Assembly (NCBI GenBank): GCA_965248265.1
Contig: CBDFJF010000001.1
Span: 2,336,001-2,400,000 of the forward strand
DNA: 64,000 nucleotides
Reading direction: 5' to 3'
From: Candidatus Latescibacterota bacterium
Lineage (GTDB): Bacteria; Latescibacterota; UBA2968; UBA8231
This document shows, piece after piece, positions 38,721 to 48,342 of this stretch. The number at the start of each line of letters is the position of its first letter. The first letter of the stretch is position 1. The notes under the pieces were generated by a model. It had not been told where the DNA came from. It was given only the letters and a program-made list of their open reading frames with translations, and made no database searches. The position numbers were made by a program, and so were the translations under genes.

Positions 38721-40241
38721 ATGGAAATGACTGAAGTACGCGTCCGTGCCGCCCCATCGCCGACGGGCGCTCCCCATGTGGGCACGGCTTATATCGCATT
38801 GTTCAACCTGGCTTTCGCGCGCGCCCAGGGCGGTCGTTTCATCCTGCGCATCGAGGACACCGACCAGAGCCGCTCGCGTCCCGAGTACGAGACCCAGCTG
38901 ATGGCCAGCTTGCGGTGGTTGGGATTCGACTGGGCCGAGGGCCCGGATGTGGGTGGTCCGCATGGCCCCTACAGACAGAGCGAGCGCCTCGATATCTACC
39001 AGCGCCACGCGCATCAGCTGGTGGAGGATGGTCACGCATACCACTGTTTTTGCACCCCCGAGCGCCTGCAAGAACTGCGCGCACGGCAGGCACGGGAAGG
39101 AGGCCGCACCGGCTACGACGGTCATTGCCGGGATCTGTCTCAGTCTGAAGTAGAGCAGCAGCTGGCGTCTTCAACGGCACCCTCATCGCACGTGATCCGG
39201 ATGAAGATGCCGAATGAGGGCAGCTGTCGGTTCGAGGACCGCCTCCGGGGTGAGATCAGTTTCGAATACGCCAACCTCGACGACCAGATCCTGCTCAAAT
39301 CCGATGGTTTCCCGACCTACCACCTGGCCGTCGTCGTGGACGACCATGAGATGGGTATCACTCACGTGATCCGTGGCGAAGAGTGGATCAACTCGATGCC
39401 CAAGCACCTGCTACTCTACGATCGGCTCAAGTGGGAGGCGCCCCAACACACCCACCTGCCGCTGCTGCTGAACCCGGATCGCTCGAAGCTGTCGAAACGC
39501 CGCAACCCGACTTCCGTCGACTACTACCGCGCCGCGGGCTACTTGCCCCAGGCCATGCTCAACTATATGGCGCTGATGGCCTATCCACCGGTCGGGAAAT
39601 CCGCGGAAGAGACCGCTGAAGAAAAGTTCGATCTTAATACATTCGTCGAACGCTTCGACCTGGATCGCATCAACCTGGGTGGATCCGTCTTCGACCTGGA
39701 AAAGCTCAATTGGCTCAACGGCCGCTACATCCGCGAGGACCTGTCCGCGCCACAGCTGCTCCAGGAATTGAAGTCGTGGTCGCTGAACGACGACTACATC
39801 CAGCAGATGGTCCCCCTGATGCAGGAGCGCATGGACACCCTCGGTGACTTCATGCCCAAGTGCGGCTTTTTCTTCGCGCGCGAGGTGCCGGTATCCAGCG
39901 ACGACATGACAGCGGCCGTCAAGCGTGAGCCCGACGAGATACTTCAGATGATGCAGACGGTGGTATGGTCGTTGGATACGATTGATGGATGGGACCGTGA
40001 CGGGGTCGAATCGGCTCTGGCACTCGTGGCTGCGTTCTGGGAGTGGCCGATTCGCGACGTCACCAAACCGCTGTTTGTCGCCATCATGGGGCAGCCAGCG
40101 GGGCCTCCACTGTACGAGTCCGTCGCCCTGCTCGGCATCCACGTGACCCGGGTGCGGCTCCGCTCTGCGATCGAGACGCTCGGGGGGCTGTCGAAGAAGA
40201 AGGAGCGCTCATTGGAAAAGAAGTGGACGCCTGGTAGGTAG
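38721..40241 (+). CDS. gltX: glutamate--tRNA ligase
   Basis: APSPTG.PHVG, RIEDTD, THVIRGEEW, KLSKR. Confidence 0.96.
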   Translation: MEMTEVRVRAAPSPTGAPHVGTAYIALFNLAFARAQGGRFILRIEDTDQSRSRPEYETQLMASLRWLGFDWAEGPDVGGPHGPYRQSERLDIYQRHAHQLVEDGHAYHCFCTPERLQELRARQAREGGRTGYDGHCRDLSQSEVEQQLASSTAPSSHVIRMKMPNEGSCRFEDRLRGEISFEYANLDDQILLKSDGFPTYHLAVVVDDHEMGITHVIRGEEWINSMPKHLLLYDRLKWEAPQHTHLPLLLNPDRSKLSKRRNPTSVDYYRAAGYLPQAMLNYMALMAYPPVGKSAEETAEEKFDLNTFVERFDLDRINLGGSVFDLEKLNWLNGRYIREDLSAPQLLQELKSWSLNDDYIQQMVPLMQERMDTLGDFMPKCGFFFAREVPVSSDDMTAAVKREPDEILQMMQTVVWSLDTIDGWDRDGVESALALVAAFWEWPIRDVTKPLFVAIMGQPAGPPLYESVALLGIHVTRVRLRSAIETLGGLSKKKERSLEKKWTPGR

Positions 40242-40256
40242 GGTAGTGACGGACCC

Positions 40257-41969
40257 TCAGGCTTTTCCCTTACCCGTGATCTTCGCCCACTGATCCCGCA
40301 GCGTCACGGTGCGATTGAACACAAGTCCATCCGTAGAACTGTCGGAATCCACGCAGAAATACCCCAGGCGCTCGAACTGACACGAGTACCCCGGTTTCAC
40401 CCCGGCGAGACTCGGCTCTATATAGGCGCGCGGCAGCACGGTCAAAGACTCCGGATTCAGATGAGCCTCCACTCCTGATTCAGCATCCCCTGATTCCCCT
40501 GAGCCGGCAGGGTTTTCGACCGCGAACAGGCGATCGTAGAGCCGGACTTCAGCCTCGAGGGCGTGCTCGGCACTGACCCAGTGCAGAGTGGCTTTCACCT
40601 TGCGACCATCCGGTGAATCGCCCCCGCGAGTTGGCGGATCGTAGGTGCATCGCAGTTCCGTGATCTCTCCGGAATCATCCTTGATCACGTCAGTGCAGGT
40701 AATGAAATACGCATAGCGCAACCGCACCTCACGGCCCGGCGCCATGCGGAAGAACTTTTTGGGTGGATCCTCCATGAAATCGTCGCGCTCGATGTAGAGA
40801 ACGCGCGAAAACGGGACCCTGCGGGTGCCGGCGTCCGGGTCTTCCGGATTATTGACCGCCTCCAGCTCTTCAGACTCACCCTCAGGGTAGTTGTCGATGA
40901 CAACTTTGAGCGGGTTCAGTACCGCCATGACCCGGGGTGCGACCTTGTTGAGATGGTCGCGAATGCAGTGCTCGAGCAGCGCGATATCGACGTTGTTTTC
41001 CCGCTTGGAAATGCCGACTTCGCTCCAGAAACGCCGGATCGCCTCGGGCGGACAACCCCGTCGACGCAAGCCGCTCAGTGTCGGCATCCGGGGATCATCC
41101 CAGCCGTTGAGCAGGCCGTCGTCGACCAACGTCCGCAGGTGGCGCTTGTGCGTCACCATGTAGGTGATGTTGCCGCGGGCGAATTCGATTTGCCGCGACG
41201 GGAATATCCCCAGTTTGTCGATGAACCAGTCATAAAGCGGACGATGATCCTCGAACTCGAGAGAGCACAGCGAATGAGTGACCTCTTCCAGGGAATCACT
41301 CTGACCGTGGGCCCAGTCGTACATCGGGTAAATGCACCACTCGTCGCCGGTACGCTGGTGCGATTCATGCATGATCCGGTACATCACCGGATCGCGCATG
41401 TTGATATTCGGCGAGGCCATGTCAACCTTGGCGCGCAGTACCTTGGCGCCGTCGGCGAACTCACCCGCTTTCATCCTGTTGAAGAGGTCCAGATTCTCCT
41501 CGGGCGAACGCTCGCGATACGGGCTGTCGGTGCCCGGCTCAGTCAGCGTCCCGCGAGTCTGCCGCATCTCCTCGGCTGATTGGTCGTCGACGTAAGCCAG
41601 ACCTTTTTCGATCAATAGCACTGCCCATTCATACAGTTGGTTGAAATAATCCGATGCGTGGTATTCGTGGTCGCCCCAGTCGAACCCCAACCAGCGGATA
41701 TCCGCCTTCATGCCGTCGACGTATTCCTGCTCCTCGCGCGAGGGATTGGTGTCGTCCATGCGCAGATGACAGGGGCCGCCGAAATCGGCGGCGATGCCGA
41801 AGTTGAGACAGATGGCTTTGGCATGGCCGATGTGCAGATAGCCATTGGGCTCGGGCGGAAATCTAGTCACCACGCGGCCATCGAAGCGTCCGGAGGCATT
41901 GTCTTCGGCCACTGCCGTACGGATGAAATCAGTTGGCAGCTCTGCGGTGTTTTCCGTCGTGGCGTTCAA
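40257..41969 (-). CDS. glnS: glutamine--tRNA ligase
   Basis: [49 protein letters not shown]; start probably TTG 41969. Confidence 0.96.
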   Translation of the reverse strand: MNATTENTAELPTDFIRTAVAEDNASGRFDGRVVTRFPPEPNGYLHIGHAKAICLNFGIAADFGGPCHLRMDDTNPSREEQEYVDGMKADIRWLGFDWGDHEYHASDYFNQLYEWAVLLIEKGLAYVDDQSAEEMRQTRGTLTEPGTDSPYRERSPEENLDLFNRMKAGEFADGAKVLRAKVDMASPNINMRDPVMYRIMHESHQRTGDEWCIYPMYDWAHGQSDSLEEVTHSLCSLEFEDHRPLYDWFIDKLGIFPSRQIEFARGNITYMVTHKRHLRTLVDDGLLNGWDDPRMPTLSGLRRRGCPPEAIRRFWSEVGISKRENNVDIALLEHCIRDHLNKVAPRVMAVLNPLKVVIDNYPEGESEELEAVNNPEDPDAGTRRVPFSRVLYIERDDFMEDPPKKFFRMAPGREVRLRYAYFITCTDVIKDDSGEITELRCTYDPPTRGGDSPDGRKVKATLHWVSAEHALEAEVRLYDRLFAVENPAGSGESGDAESGVEAHLNPESLTVLPRAYIEPSLAGVKPGYSCQFERLGYFCVDSDSSTDGLVFNRTVTLRDQWAKITGKGKA

Positions 41970-42230
41970 GTGTTTACCTCTCCCATGCCTCAATTTCACG
42001 CGGCGCGTCTCATTCGCAACGTGCCCTGTGTCCGGACGCGGCCGTATGGGCCGTCGCTCTCCATGGACCCTATACGCTAGTGTTGCCCTCGAACATCGTC
42101 AACAGCGCCCATCTCACTACGTTACCCCTGAATCTTGAAAGAGTGCGACCCCGGCTGTAGATTGCCCTCCCGATCTGTGATCGCATACACACCATTGAAT
42201 GCACACTCTGGTTGAGAGATTTGCATACCC

Positions 42231-43457
42231 ATGGCACACATCAACGAGCACTATCTGAAACTTCAAGCCGGCTACCTCTTTCCTGAAATCGCCCGGCGCA
42301 CGGCCAGCTTCGCGGCTGAGCAGCCCGACGCCTCCCTGATTCGTATGGGTATCGGCGATGTCGTCAAAGCCCTGCCACGGGTCATCGTCGATGCCATGCA
42401 GGCAGCCACTGAGGAGCTGGCGGCCGATGAGACCTTCCAGGGCTATCCTCCCGACCTTGGTCAGCAGCGGCTGCGGGAGCTCATCGTCGAGCACGAATTT
42501 GGCGCTCGTGGTGTCGCCGTTGACATTGATGAAGTGTTCGTCTCCGACGGCGCCAAGTGCGACTCCGCTAATATCCAGGAGATTTTCGCGACCGACAGCG
42601 TTGTGGCCCTGACCGATCCGGTTTATCCGGTGTACTGCGACAGCAATGTCATGGCCGGACGCACCGGCGTGGCCAACGCGGAGGGGCGCTACAATGGACT
42701 CGTTTACCTGCCGTGCGTGGCCGCTACCGATTTTCAACCACCGCTACCCACTGAACATGCCGACCTCATCTATCTGTGCTCTCCCAACAACCCGACCGGG
42801 GCCGTGATGTCCAAGGCCTCGCTTCAGGAGTGGGTGGCCTACGCGCGCTCCGAGAAGGCCGTCATCCTCTTCGATGCTGCCTATGAGGCCTACATCACTG
42901 ATCCTTCGATTCCGCATTCCATCTACGAAATCGACGGCGCCCGGGAAGTCGCGATCGAGATGCGCAGCTACTCCAAGTCGATCGGCTTTACCGGAGTGCG
43001 CTGTGCCTTCACCGTGGTCCCGGAAGAGTTGCGCGGCACCACCGCGTCCGGCGAAACAGCTGACCTGCGGGCACTCTGGGCGCGGCGGCACTCAACCAAG
43101 TTCAACGGCGTGTCCTACCCCGTGCAGTGTGCCGCTGCCGCCTCCTACACAGCTGATGGCAAAGCAGCCCAGCGCCGACTCATCGATTTCTACATGAGCA
43201 ACGCTGCGATCATGCGCCAGCGTCTGATCGATGGCGGCTACACCGTTTTCGGGGGCAGCAATGCACCCTACCTGTGGATCGCCACGCCGACCGGACACGA
43301 CAGCTGGAGCTTCTTCGATCTGCTGTTGCGGGAGTCCAACGTTGTAGGTACCCCGGGCGCCGGCTTTGGAGCCGCGGGGGAAGGCTACCTGCGGCTGTCC
43401 GCTTTCCAGCATCGGGATGCGGTAGAGGACGCCATGGACCGGATCGATCGACTGTGA
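42231..43457 (+). CDS. dapL: LL-diaminopimelate aminotransferase
   Basis: YLFPEI, GIGDV, SDGAKCD, PNNPTG, DAAYEAYI, TPGAGFG. Confidence 0.95.
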   Translation: MAHINEHYLKLQAGYLFPEIARRTASFAAEQPDASLIRMGIGDVVKALPRVIVDAMQAATEELAADETFQGYPPDLGQQRLRELIVEHEFGARGVAVDIDEVFVSDGAKCDSANIQEIFATDSVVALTDPVYPVYCDSNVMAGRTGVANAEGRYNGLVYLPCVAATDFQPPLPTEHADLIYLCSPNNPTGAVMSKASLQEWVAYARSEKAVILFDAAYEAYITDPSIPHSIYEIDGAREVAIEMRSYSKSIGFTGVRCAFTVVPEELRGTTASGETADLRALWARRHSTKFNGVSYPVQCAAAASYTADGKAAQRRLIDFYMSNAAIMRQRLIDGGYTVFGGSNAPYLWIATPTGHDSWSFFDLLLRESNVVGTPGAGFGAAGEGYLRLSAFQHRDAVEDAMDRIDRL

Positions 43458-43556
43458 ACCCCTCCCCTCGATGAAACACTCCTGAAGGGGTCGTGGACGA
43501 CCCACTGTCACCATCGACCGACCGCCGCCCACCGACTGACTTCGTCGAATAAACCG

Positions 43557-43585
43557 TTGCTTACCGGGATCAATTTACGTATAGT
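43557..43585 (+). promoter_or_regulatory. sigma-70 promoter of the RHH-nadA unit
   Basis: TTGCTT-17-TATAGT followed by an AT-rich leader. Confidence 0.7.
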
Positions 43586-43659
43586 ACATAAGTGAGTTAG
43601 CATTAAAAACAGTGTATTAATTGTTTATTTCTTGTTGTTAAGGCTACCTGGAGCCATAA

Positions 43660-43875
43660 ATGACGGTCACGAGTGAGAGGAACGGTCGCGCCAAGTCACG
43701 GACTTTTTCGGCTACTGAGCGAGACTTCGCCATGCTGGAGGCGGTCGCACACTATCATGGATCCAGCAAGTCCGCGACCATCGCCGGTTTGATCCGCAAG
43801 GAGTTCTGGCGCGTTTTCCCAAACGGTACGGAGTCCATCACCCTGGACGACGGAGCTAAGGTGAGCTTGGAATGA
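43660..43875 (+). CDS. small ribbon-helix-helix (CopG-like) protein
   Basis: SRTFSA strand, helix DFAMLEAVA, turn HGSSKS, helix ATIAGLIRKE; GGAG RBS; ATGA overlap with nadA. Confidence 0.7.
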   Translation: MTVTSERNGRAKSRTFSATERDFAMLEAVAHYHGSSKSATIAGLIRKEFWRVFPNGTESITLDDGAKVSLE

Positions 43876-44873
43876 CTAACGGGCAGATTACTACCCAGCC
43901 ATCCCCAGTCCAGGTGCCGGCGGCGACCTACTCCGACATCCCGGCAGAGGAACTGATCGCGCAGATCAACCGGTTGCGGGTGGAGAAGAAGGCGATCATC
44001 CTCGCCCACAACTACCAGATTCCCGAGATCCAGGATCTGGCCGATTTCACCGGCGACTCGCTTGGCCTGTCCGTGGAAGCCGCGAAGACGGATGCCGATT
44101 GCATCGTTTTCTGCGGGGTCCATTTCATGGCTGAATCGGCGAAGATCATGAATCCGGGCAGGAAGGTCCTGCTGCCGCATATGGGTGCCGGCTGTGCGCT
44201 GGCTGATTCAATCACGCCGGAAAGCCTGGATGACTGGAAGGCGGAGTACCCCGGGTACACCGTCGTCACCTACATAAACTCATCCGCCGAAGTGAAAGCC
44301 GAATCCGACATATGCTGCACTTCAGCAAACGCCGTCTCCGTCGTTCGCAGCCTGGACAACGACAAAATCCTGTTCACACCGGATCGAAACCTGGGCCGCT
44401 GGGTGGCCGACCAGGTAACGGAGAAGAAGATCGCGATCTACGACGGCGTCTGCCCAACACACGATGTTCTGCGCACGGCCAGCGTCGACCGCACCCGCGG
44501 GGAATATCCGGATGCCGTCATCATCGCCCATCCGGAGTGCCGCGAAGACGTCGTCAACTGTGCAGATGAAGTGTGCTCGACGACAGGTATGCTGGAGGCT
44601 GTGGCCAAGTACCCCGACACCGGCACCTTCATCATCGCCACCGAGAACGGCATGTTGCATCAGTTGAGAAACCGCTTCCCGGACAGAGAGTTCGTAGCCG
44701 CTGACGGCTGCATCGGCTGCCGCCTGCATTGCCCCTATATGAAGATGACAGGGCTGCAAGATGTCTACTTTGCCCTCTCGCAAGAGCGCTATGAGATAAC
44801 GCTGGACGAGCACACCATCACCGGTGCCAGGCGAGCGCTCGAACGCATGATGGCGGTCCCGCGCGATAATTGA
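43872..44873 (+). CDS. nadA: quinolinate synthase
   Basis: ILAHNYQ, GDSL, FCGVHFMAE, YINSSA, AHPEC, CPYMK. Confidence 0.96.
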   Translation: MTNGQITTQPSPVQVPAATYSDIPAEELIAQINRLRVEKKAIILAHNYQIPEIQDLADFTGDSLGLSVEAAKTDADCIVFCGVHFMAESAKIMNPGRKVLLPHMGAGCALADSITPESLDDWKAEYPGYTVVTYINSSAEVKAESDICCTSANAVSVVRSLDNDKILFTPDRNLGRWVADQVTEKKIAIYDGVCPTHDVLRTASVDRTRGEYPDAVIIAHPECREDVVNCADEVCSTTGMLEAVAKYPDTGTFIIATENGMLHQLRNRFPDREFVAADGCIGCRLHCPYMKMTGLQDVYFALSQERYEITLDEHTITGARRALERMMAVPRDN

Positions 44874-44937
44874 GCCCAGCCATCGATTCCGGTTGACGAC
44901 CGGATTCCGCAGGACACTGGTAAGCCCATGCGAGGCC

Positions 44938-44955
44938 CTCCGTACAAGTACGGAG
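44938..44955. promoter_or_regulatory. perfect palindrome, candidate NarL/LuxR-family site
   Basis: CTCCGTAC-AA-GTACGGAG about 140 nt upstream of the regulator operon. Confidence 0.45.
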
Positions 44956-45095
44956 ACGCCAACTCCACGGTTGACTGGCGTCTTGTCCGTTTCAGATGAA
45001 TTGACCTATTTAGGGTAGGAACCGCAGCCAGGATCCTGCCGTCCAAGGGATACCCGCGCGCCAGATCCACCCCAACGAGAGATTGACCCAGTAGA

Positions 45096-46496
45096 ATGAC
45101 CGAGTCTGCAGATGTGCTTTTGGCTTCCGCCGAGCGGAGGGCACAGTACTACCGGGATCAGTATGAGTACTTGGTCCGGCACATGCCGAACGCAATATTC
45201 GTCATCGATCCGGGCCAGGACCGCATCGTAGAGGCCAACGACGCTGCCTGCCATCTGCTGGGTTACTCGCGCGAGGTATTACTTGGATCGCTCAAGATCA
45301 GCGACATCCATCCGCGCGAAATGGATCTGTTGCGTGGCTTCGGCGAAGAGGTCCTGGAACACGGGTTCGCACAGACGGAGAAGCTGACCTGTCTCTCCGC
45401 GGCCGGCCGCAATATCCCCGTCATCATGTACGGGTCGGTGCACGAAGACGACAGCGGGCGAAGGCTGATACGGGCGATCGTCATCGACAACCTCGATCAG
45501 CAGGTGATGGAACAGGCGCTTCGCGACGAAGTCACCGACAGTTACAACTACGAGGAAATCTCGGGTACCAGTTCCGGACTGCACGGCGTCCTGGAGCAGG
45601 TCGAACGCGTGGCTCCTACCGACTCCACCGCCCTCATCCTGGGCGAGACGGGCACGGGGAAGGAACTGATTTGCAGAGCCATACATCACGCCAGTGAGCG
45701 CCACAATCGCCCCCTGGTGAAGCTCAACTGTGCCGCCATCCCCTCGGGCCTGATCGAGAGCGAGCTGTTCGGTCATGAGAAGGGCGCCTTCACTGGCGCG
45801 GTGTCGCAGAAGCGCGGCCGCTTCGAGCTGGCCCACAAGGGCACGCTCTTTCTGGATGAGATCGGAGACATTCCGCTCGAAACGCAACCCAAGCTGCTCA
45901 GGCTACTACAGGAACAGGAGTTCGAGCGCGTCGGCGGCACGACGACTATCGAAGTGGATGTCAGAGTCATCGCGGCAACACACCGAGACCTGGCGAGCAT
46001 GGTCAAGGCGGGGCAGTTCCGTGAAGATCTGTTCTATCGCCTCAACGTTTTTCCGCTGACGCTGCCACCCCTGCGGGAGCGGCAGGAAGACATTCCGTTG
46101 CTGAGCCGCTACTTCGCCCAGCGCAAGTCAGCACGTCTCGGACGCACGCCCTGCACCTTCACGACGGCTGCCATGGAGCGTCTATCGGGATACTCCTGGC
46201 CTGGCAATATCCGTGAACTCGAGAACATCATCGAGCGCGCTGTCATTCTCTGTGACGGGGATACGATCGACTTCCCGCATGTCCAGGTCGGGGATGTAGC
46301 CGCGCTCCGGCACGTCGCCCCCGAAGTTGGCATCAGGCCGCTGCAGGAGGTTGAGAAGGAACACATCCTGGCTTCGTTGCAGGTCACGGGTGGCAAGGTC
46401 AGTGGCCAGGGCGGTGCGGCAGAGCTGTTAGGTCTCAAGCCCAGCACCCTGGAGTCGCGCATGAAGAAGCTCGGCATCGGTCGCAACGATGTCTGA
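45096..46496 (+). CDS. PAS-domain sigma-54-interacting activator (FhlA-like AAA+)
   Basis: PAS, GETGTGKE, FGHEKGAFTGA, FREDLFYRLNVFP, WPGNIREL, HTH. Confidence 0.93.
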   Translation: MTESADVLLASAERRAQYYRDQYEYLVRHMPNAIFVIDPGQDRIVEANDAACHLLGYSREVLLGSLKISDIHPREMDLLRGFGEEVLEHGFAQTEKLTCLSAAGRNIPVIMYGSVHEDDSGRRLIRAIVIDNLDQQVMEQALRDEVTDSYNYEEISGTSSGLHGVLEQVERVAPTDSTALILGETGTGKELICRAIHHASERHNRPLVKLNCAAIPSGLIESELFGHEKGAFTGAVSQKRGRFELAHKGTLFLDEIGDIPLETQPKLLRLLQEQEFERVGGTTTIEVDVRVIAATHRDLASMVKAGQFREDLFYRLNVFPLTLPPLRERQEDIPLLSRYFAQRKSARLGRTPCTFTTAAMERLSGYSWPGNIRELENIIERAVILCDGDTIDFPHVQVGDVAALRHVAPEVGIRPLQEVEKEHILASLQVTGGKVSGQGGAAELLGLKPSTLESRMKKLGIGRNDV

Positions 46497-47670
46497 GCCC
46501 ACCGGACCCCAGCCGCGCGCGCAGCGGCTCGAACAGCAGCTGGCCGAGTGTTACACCGCCATGGAGTCACTACGCAAGAGCGAAGAACGCTTTCGCCTGC
46601 TCGTCGAGCGCGCCCAGGACATCGTCTACCGCTTCAGTTTCGAACGTCGCGAGTTCGACTACGTCAGCCCGATGGTGTTGGCGACGACCGGTTACTCACC
46701 GAGCGAACTCTACGACGCTCCCCAACTCGTATTGGAGCTCGTTCACCCGGACGACCGGGTGGTGGTGGAAGCGTACTGGAAGGAGAGTGACCTGGGTCGT
46801 CCGTTGTCCTGTCGCCTGATCCGCAGCGACGGCCACACCGTCTGGGTTGAACACCGTAGCCTGCCCATGTACGGCGAGGATGGACGACTGATCGCGGTGG
46901 AGGGTGTCGTACGCGACGTCTCGGAGAACGTTCGCCTGCTCAACGAGGTAGAAGGGCATACCGAGCGCCTGGAAAGCGAGGTGTCCCGGCGGCGGCGAGC
47001 CGAGAAGATGCTGCGCCGATTCTCTTCGCGCCTTGTCAACTATCAGGAAGAGGAACGCCGGCAGGTGGCACACGAGCTTCACGACGGCGTCAGTCAATGG
47101 CTGTGCGGAGTTGGGTTTGGTTTGGAGGCCGTCCTTGGAGAATTGGAGTCCGGATCAGATCCCATGCAATCGTTGACTCAAGCCAAGCAGCTCGTGGACA
47201 AGTGCATCGATGAAATCCGCAGGATTTCCCAGAGCTTGAGGCCGGGAGTCCTCGACGATATCGGCCTCGTTCCCGCCATCAGAAGCTTGCTCGAGGAATT
47301 CGAGAAGAGTTCCGACATCGCCGTGTCGGCCCGGCTACCGAGCGAGCGCACAGACATCTCCGCCGAGTTGGACACCACCGTGTTCCGCCTCTTGCAGGAG
47401 ACGGTTGCCGCGGTCGGATCGAAACGCGGTGTCTCCACGATGGATCTGGTGCTCACTTGCGATGACGAGAAGCTGTCGATCTCGCTGGCGGATGACGGCG
47501 AAGCCTGCGCCAACGGCAACGGGCAGCAATGGGGGCCGCAGGTCATCCTTGAGAGCCTCCGGGAGCGCGCCGGGTTCGCCGGCGGCACGGTAACGACCTT
47601 AGACACGCCCGGAGGATTTGTGCTCGAGATGCACTTCCCGATACCGACGGGGGAGATCAGAGATGACTGA
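46489..47670 (+). CDS. PAS-HisKA_3 sensor kinase-like protein with degenerate ATPase domain
   Basis: PAS, EEERRQVAHELHDGVSQ, LRPGVLDDIGL; N/G1/G2 boxes degenerate. Confidence 0.85.
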   Translation: MSEPTGPQPRAQRLEQQLAECYTAMESLRKSEERFRLLVERAQDIVYRFSFERREFDYVSPMVLATTGYSPSELYDAPQLVLELVHPDDRVVVEAYWKESDLGRPLSCRLIRSDGHTVWVEHRSLPMYGEDGRLIAVEGVVRDVSENVRLLNEVEGHTERLESEVSRRRRAEKMLRRFSSRLVNYQEEERRQVAHELHDGVSQWLCGVGFGLEAVLGELESGSDPMQSLTQAKQLVDKCIDEIRRISQSLRPGVLDDIGLVPAIRSLLEEFEKSSDIAVSARLPSERTDISAELDTTVFRLLQETVAAVGSKRGVSTMDLVLTCDDEKLSISLADDGEACANGNGQQWGPQVILESLRERAGFAGGTVTTLDTPGGFVLEMHFPIPTGEIRDD

Positions 47671-48322
47671 CGTCATCGAGCCTCCGATTCGAGTACTGCT
47701 CGTGGACGACCATCCCATAGTGCGCAACGGGATACGGTCCTTGATGTCACGGCGCCGTGACATAGACATTGTCGGCGAGTCCGAGGACGGGGACTCGGCC
47801 GTATCCATGGCCTCGCAACTGGATCCGGATGTCGTAATCATGGACATCGGGCTGCCTCAGATGAGCGGCTTTGAGGCCGCACGAATCATGCTGGGACAGA
47901 ATCCTCACATGCGCATCATCATGCTCACGGTGTATGACAACAGGGAATATGTGATCGAGGCCCTGCGCATCGGGGCTGCTGGTTACCTGATCAAAAACTG
48001 TCCCTCTGAGGACCTGGTCAAAGCGATACGGGCCGTGCACCAGGGAGACCTGTTCTTTCCTCATGAGGGCTCCAGCCGCGAAAAGACGCAGTGGACGGAT
48101 CATGGCGTCTCGCCGGCGGACACGGAACTCACTGAACGCGAGCGCGAGGTCGTCGGATTCATCGCCGAGGGCTACACCAACAGACGAATCGCCGACGAGT
48201 TGAGATTGGGCGTGAGAACGGTAGAAAGCCACCGGGAGAACATCATGAAGAAATTGAAAATTCACTCGGTGGCTGGACTGACTCGGTACGCCATCGCCCG
48301 CGGACTGACTCGGATCGACTAG
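47663..48322 (+). CDS. NarL/LuxR-family response regulator
   Basis: VDDH, MDI, GAAGYLIK, LTEREREV...TVESHRENIMKKL. Confidence 0.94.
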   Translation: MTDVIEPPIRVLLVDDHPIVRNGIRSLMSRRRDIDIVGESEDGDSAVSMASQLDPDVVIMDIGLPQMSGFEAARIMLGQNPHMRIIMLTVYDNREYVIEALRIGAAGYLIKNCPSEDLVKAIRAVHQGDLFFPHEGSSREKTQWTDHGVSPADTELTEREREVVGFIAEGYTNRRIADELRLGVRTVESHRENIMKKLKIHSVAGLTRYAIARGLTRID

Positions 48323-48342
48323 ATCCGCATCGAGTGACGGCT

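Noticed and set aside
43460-43660. NAD+ riboswitch upstream of nadA
   Set aside because: The leader after the predicted promoter is about 70 nt, AT-rich, with no tandem structured domains
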